Source: a virus
Lineage: Duplodnaviria > Caudoviricetes
Length of the DNA stretch: 56,547 nucleotides
Virus record (IMG/VR): IMGVR_UViG_3300033388_006544
Coordinates: 1 to 56,547 of that record
Strand: one strand, 5' to 3'
A program made the position numbers and the translations under genes. Shown in pieces: positions 55,615-56,547 of this stretch. The notes below the pieces were generated by a model. The model was not told the origin of the DNA and searched no databases. It saw nothing but the letters and a program-made list of their open reading frames with translations. Position 1 is the stretch's first letter, and every line of letters begins with the position of its first letter.

Positions 55615-56289
55615 ATGGGAACATATAATAGTTATACGGGACAAAATGGAAGAGGATATACCAGAGCACAGAGTGCCAGTCTGAGTCGAAGTAACGAGAT
55701 TAAGCGAAAACGTAAGGAGGACGAGAGGGCTTTTCTAAGATCTCAGGCAGAAGCGGGAAGAGAAGGGGCGTTAAATCTGAAACGTGAATCGAATGCCGGT
55801 CAGATGGCTAGACAGAAATTAACAGGAAGCCAGGAGAGAGAAGCTGCCACCACTAAATCGATTAGAGCTGCAAATGCCCAGAGCATAAAACGTGGTCATG
55901 AAAAATCTATGGGAGAAATTAATCAACAAAATAAACTTGATTTGATTGGAGCTGGAAATACGAATAAGTTTGCATCTTTATTCCCTGGATCGGAGGACAC
56001 TACCTCATTCGGTGCAACAGCCAGGGACCAACTGGAAGGGAACGGTCAAGATCAGACCTTTGCACAATTCGCAGAGAAACCTCCAGAAGAGCAAAGAAAG
56101 TATATGGCTTACATGAAGAAGAATGATCCTGACAAATATCTCAGTTATGCAAAACAGTATAAAATGTATGCCGCTCCTGAAAGGGAAACATATGGCACCC
56201 AAGAAGAAGACACCAACAATACCTACGGTGGAGGTGCGTATAGCAGCCCTATATATCAATCGAAAGGTGGCACTTATACAAATTATTAA
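55615..56289 (+). CDS. Putative internal virion / ejection protein
   Basis: Hydrophilic helical protein directly before the giant ORF; AAGGAG RBS. Confidence 0.6.
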   Translation: MGTYNSYTGQNGRGYTRAQSASLSRSNEIKRKRKEDERAFLRSQAEAGREGALNLKRESNAGQMARQKLTGSQEREAATTKSIRAANAQSIKRGHEKSMGEINQQNKLDLIGAGNTNKFASLFPGSEDTTSFGATARDQLEGNGQDQTFAQFAEKPPEEQRKYMAYMKKNDPDKYLSYAKQYKMYAAPERETYGTQEEDTNNTYGGGAYSSPIYQSKGGTYTNY

Positions 56290-56322
56290 GTATAATAAGC
56301 TATTAAGAATAGGAGCCAAAAC

Positions 56323-56547
56323 GTGCCATACGATATACTAAGAGAGTTCGGCCAGGGAGTTGCAGATATTGAGAACGAAAGGGCTCGTAAGAAACGAGAG
56401 CCTTTGGTATCTCCGAGCGTTGCACCTAAAGAGAAGACTCAAGAACCATCACCCACCGACTGGATGGCGAATGAGTTTGATAGAGGTGTTAAGGAAATAG
56501 AGCAAGCAAGGTTGAAGAAGAAAGAATCTCAACCCACCGAGGAAGGT
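56323..56547 (+). CDS. 5' part of the large polyvalent protein (continues across the junction)
   Basis: AGGAG at 56311, GTG at 56323, 47 open codons in frame with ATG 56464 (= position 31). Confidence 0.8.
   Translation, partial: MPYDILREFGQGVADIENERARKKREPLVSPSVAPKEKTQEPSPTDWMANEFDRGVKEIEQARLKKKESQPTEEG
56434..56547. repeat. Terminal direct repeat, right copy
   Basis: Identical to 1-114. Confidence 0.97.

Noticed and set aside
31-56547. Stop-codon reassignment
   Set aside because: Standard code 11 gives dense, full-length, coupled ORFs ending in all three stop codons.

Overview
The window is a complete, circular-mapping tailed phage genome of about 56,433 bp: bases 1-114 are identical to 56434-56547. 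It is podovirus-like, with no tape measure, sheath or tube gene and large ejection-type proteins. No integrase, DNA polymerase or reverse transcriptase is recognisable. The late module (about 33.9 kb, wrapping round to 12.1 kb) holds TerL, portal, a Tad1-family anti-defence sponge, scaffold, major capsid, an atypical tRNA-Pro, a stand-alone NrdD glycyl-radical domain, tail and Cys-rich proteins, a 2,604-aa polyvalent protein (peptidase plus two ART-like domains), a beta-helix spike and a LamG protein. A leftward operon (18.1 to 12.2 kb) holds VRR-NUC, a TOPRIM primase, a phosphoesterase, DUF1353 and DUF3310. A rightward early/middle region (18.3-31.6 kb) holds SNF2 and UvrD helicases, many small paralog pairs, five GxxxG-repeat proteins, a lysozyme, a TerS-like protein and an HNH nuclease. 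The most striking unexplained structure is two diverged, collinear iteron-like arrays (about 15.3-15.7 kb and 33.1-33.64 kb). One abuts the full primase gene and the other abuts a separate gene encoding only a paralog of the primase C-terminal domain, suggesting a two-site, two-protein replication or packaging control system. All family calls come from motif recognition by eye; no database searches were run.
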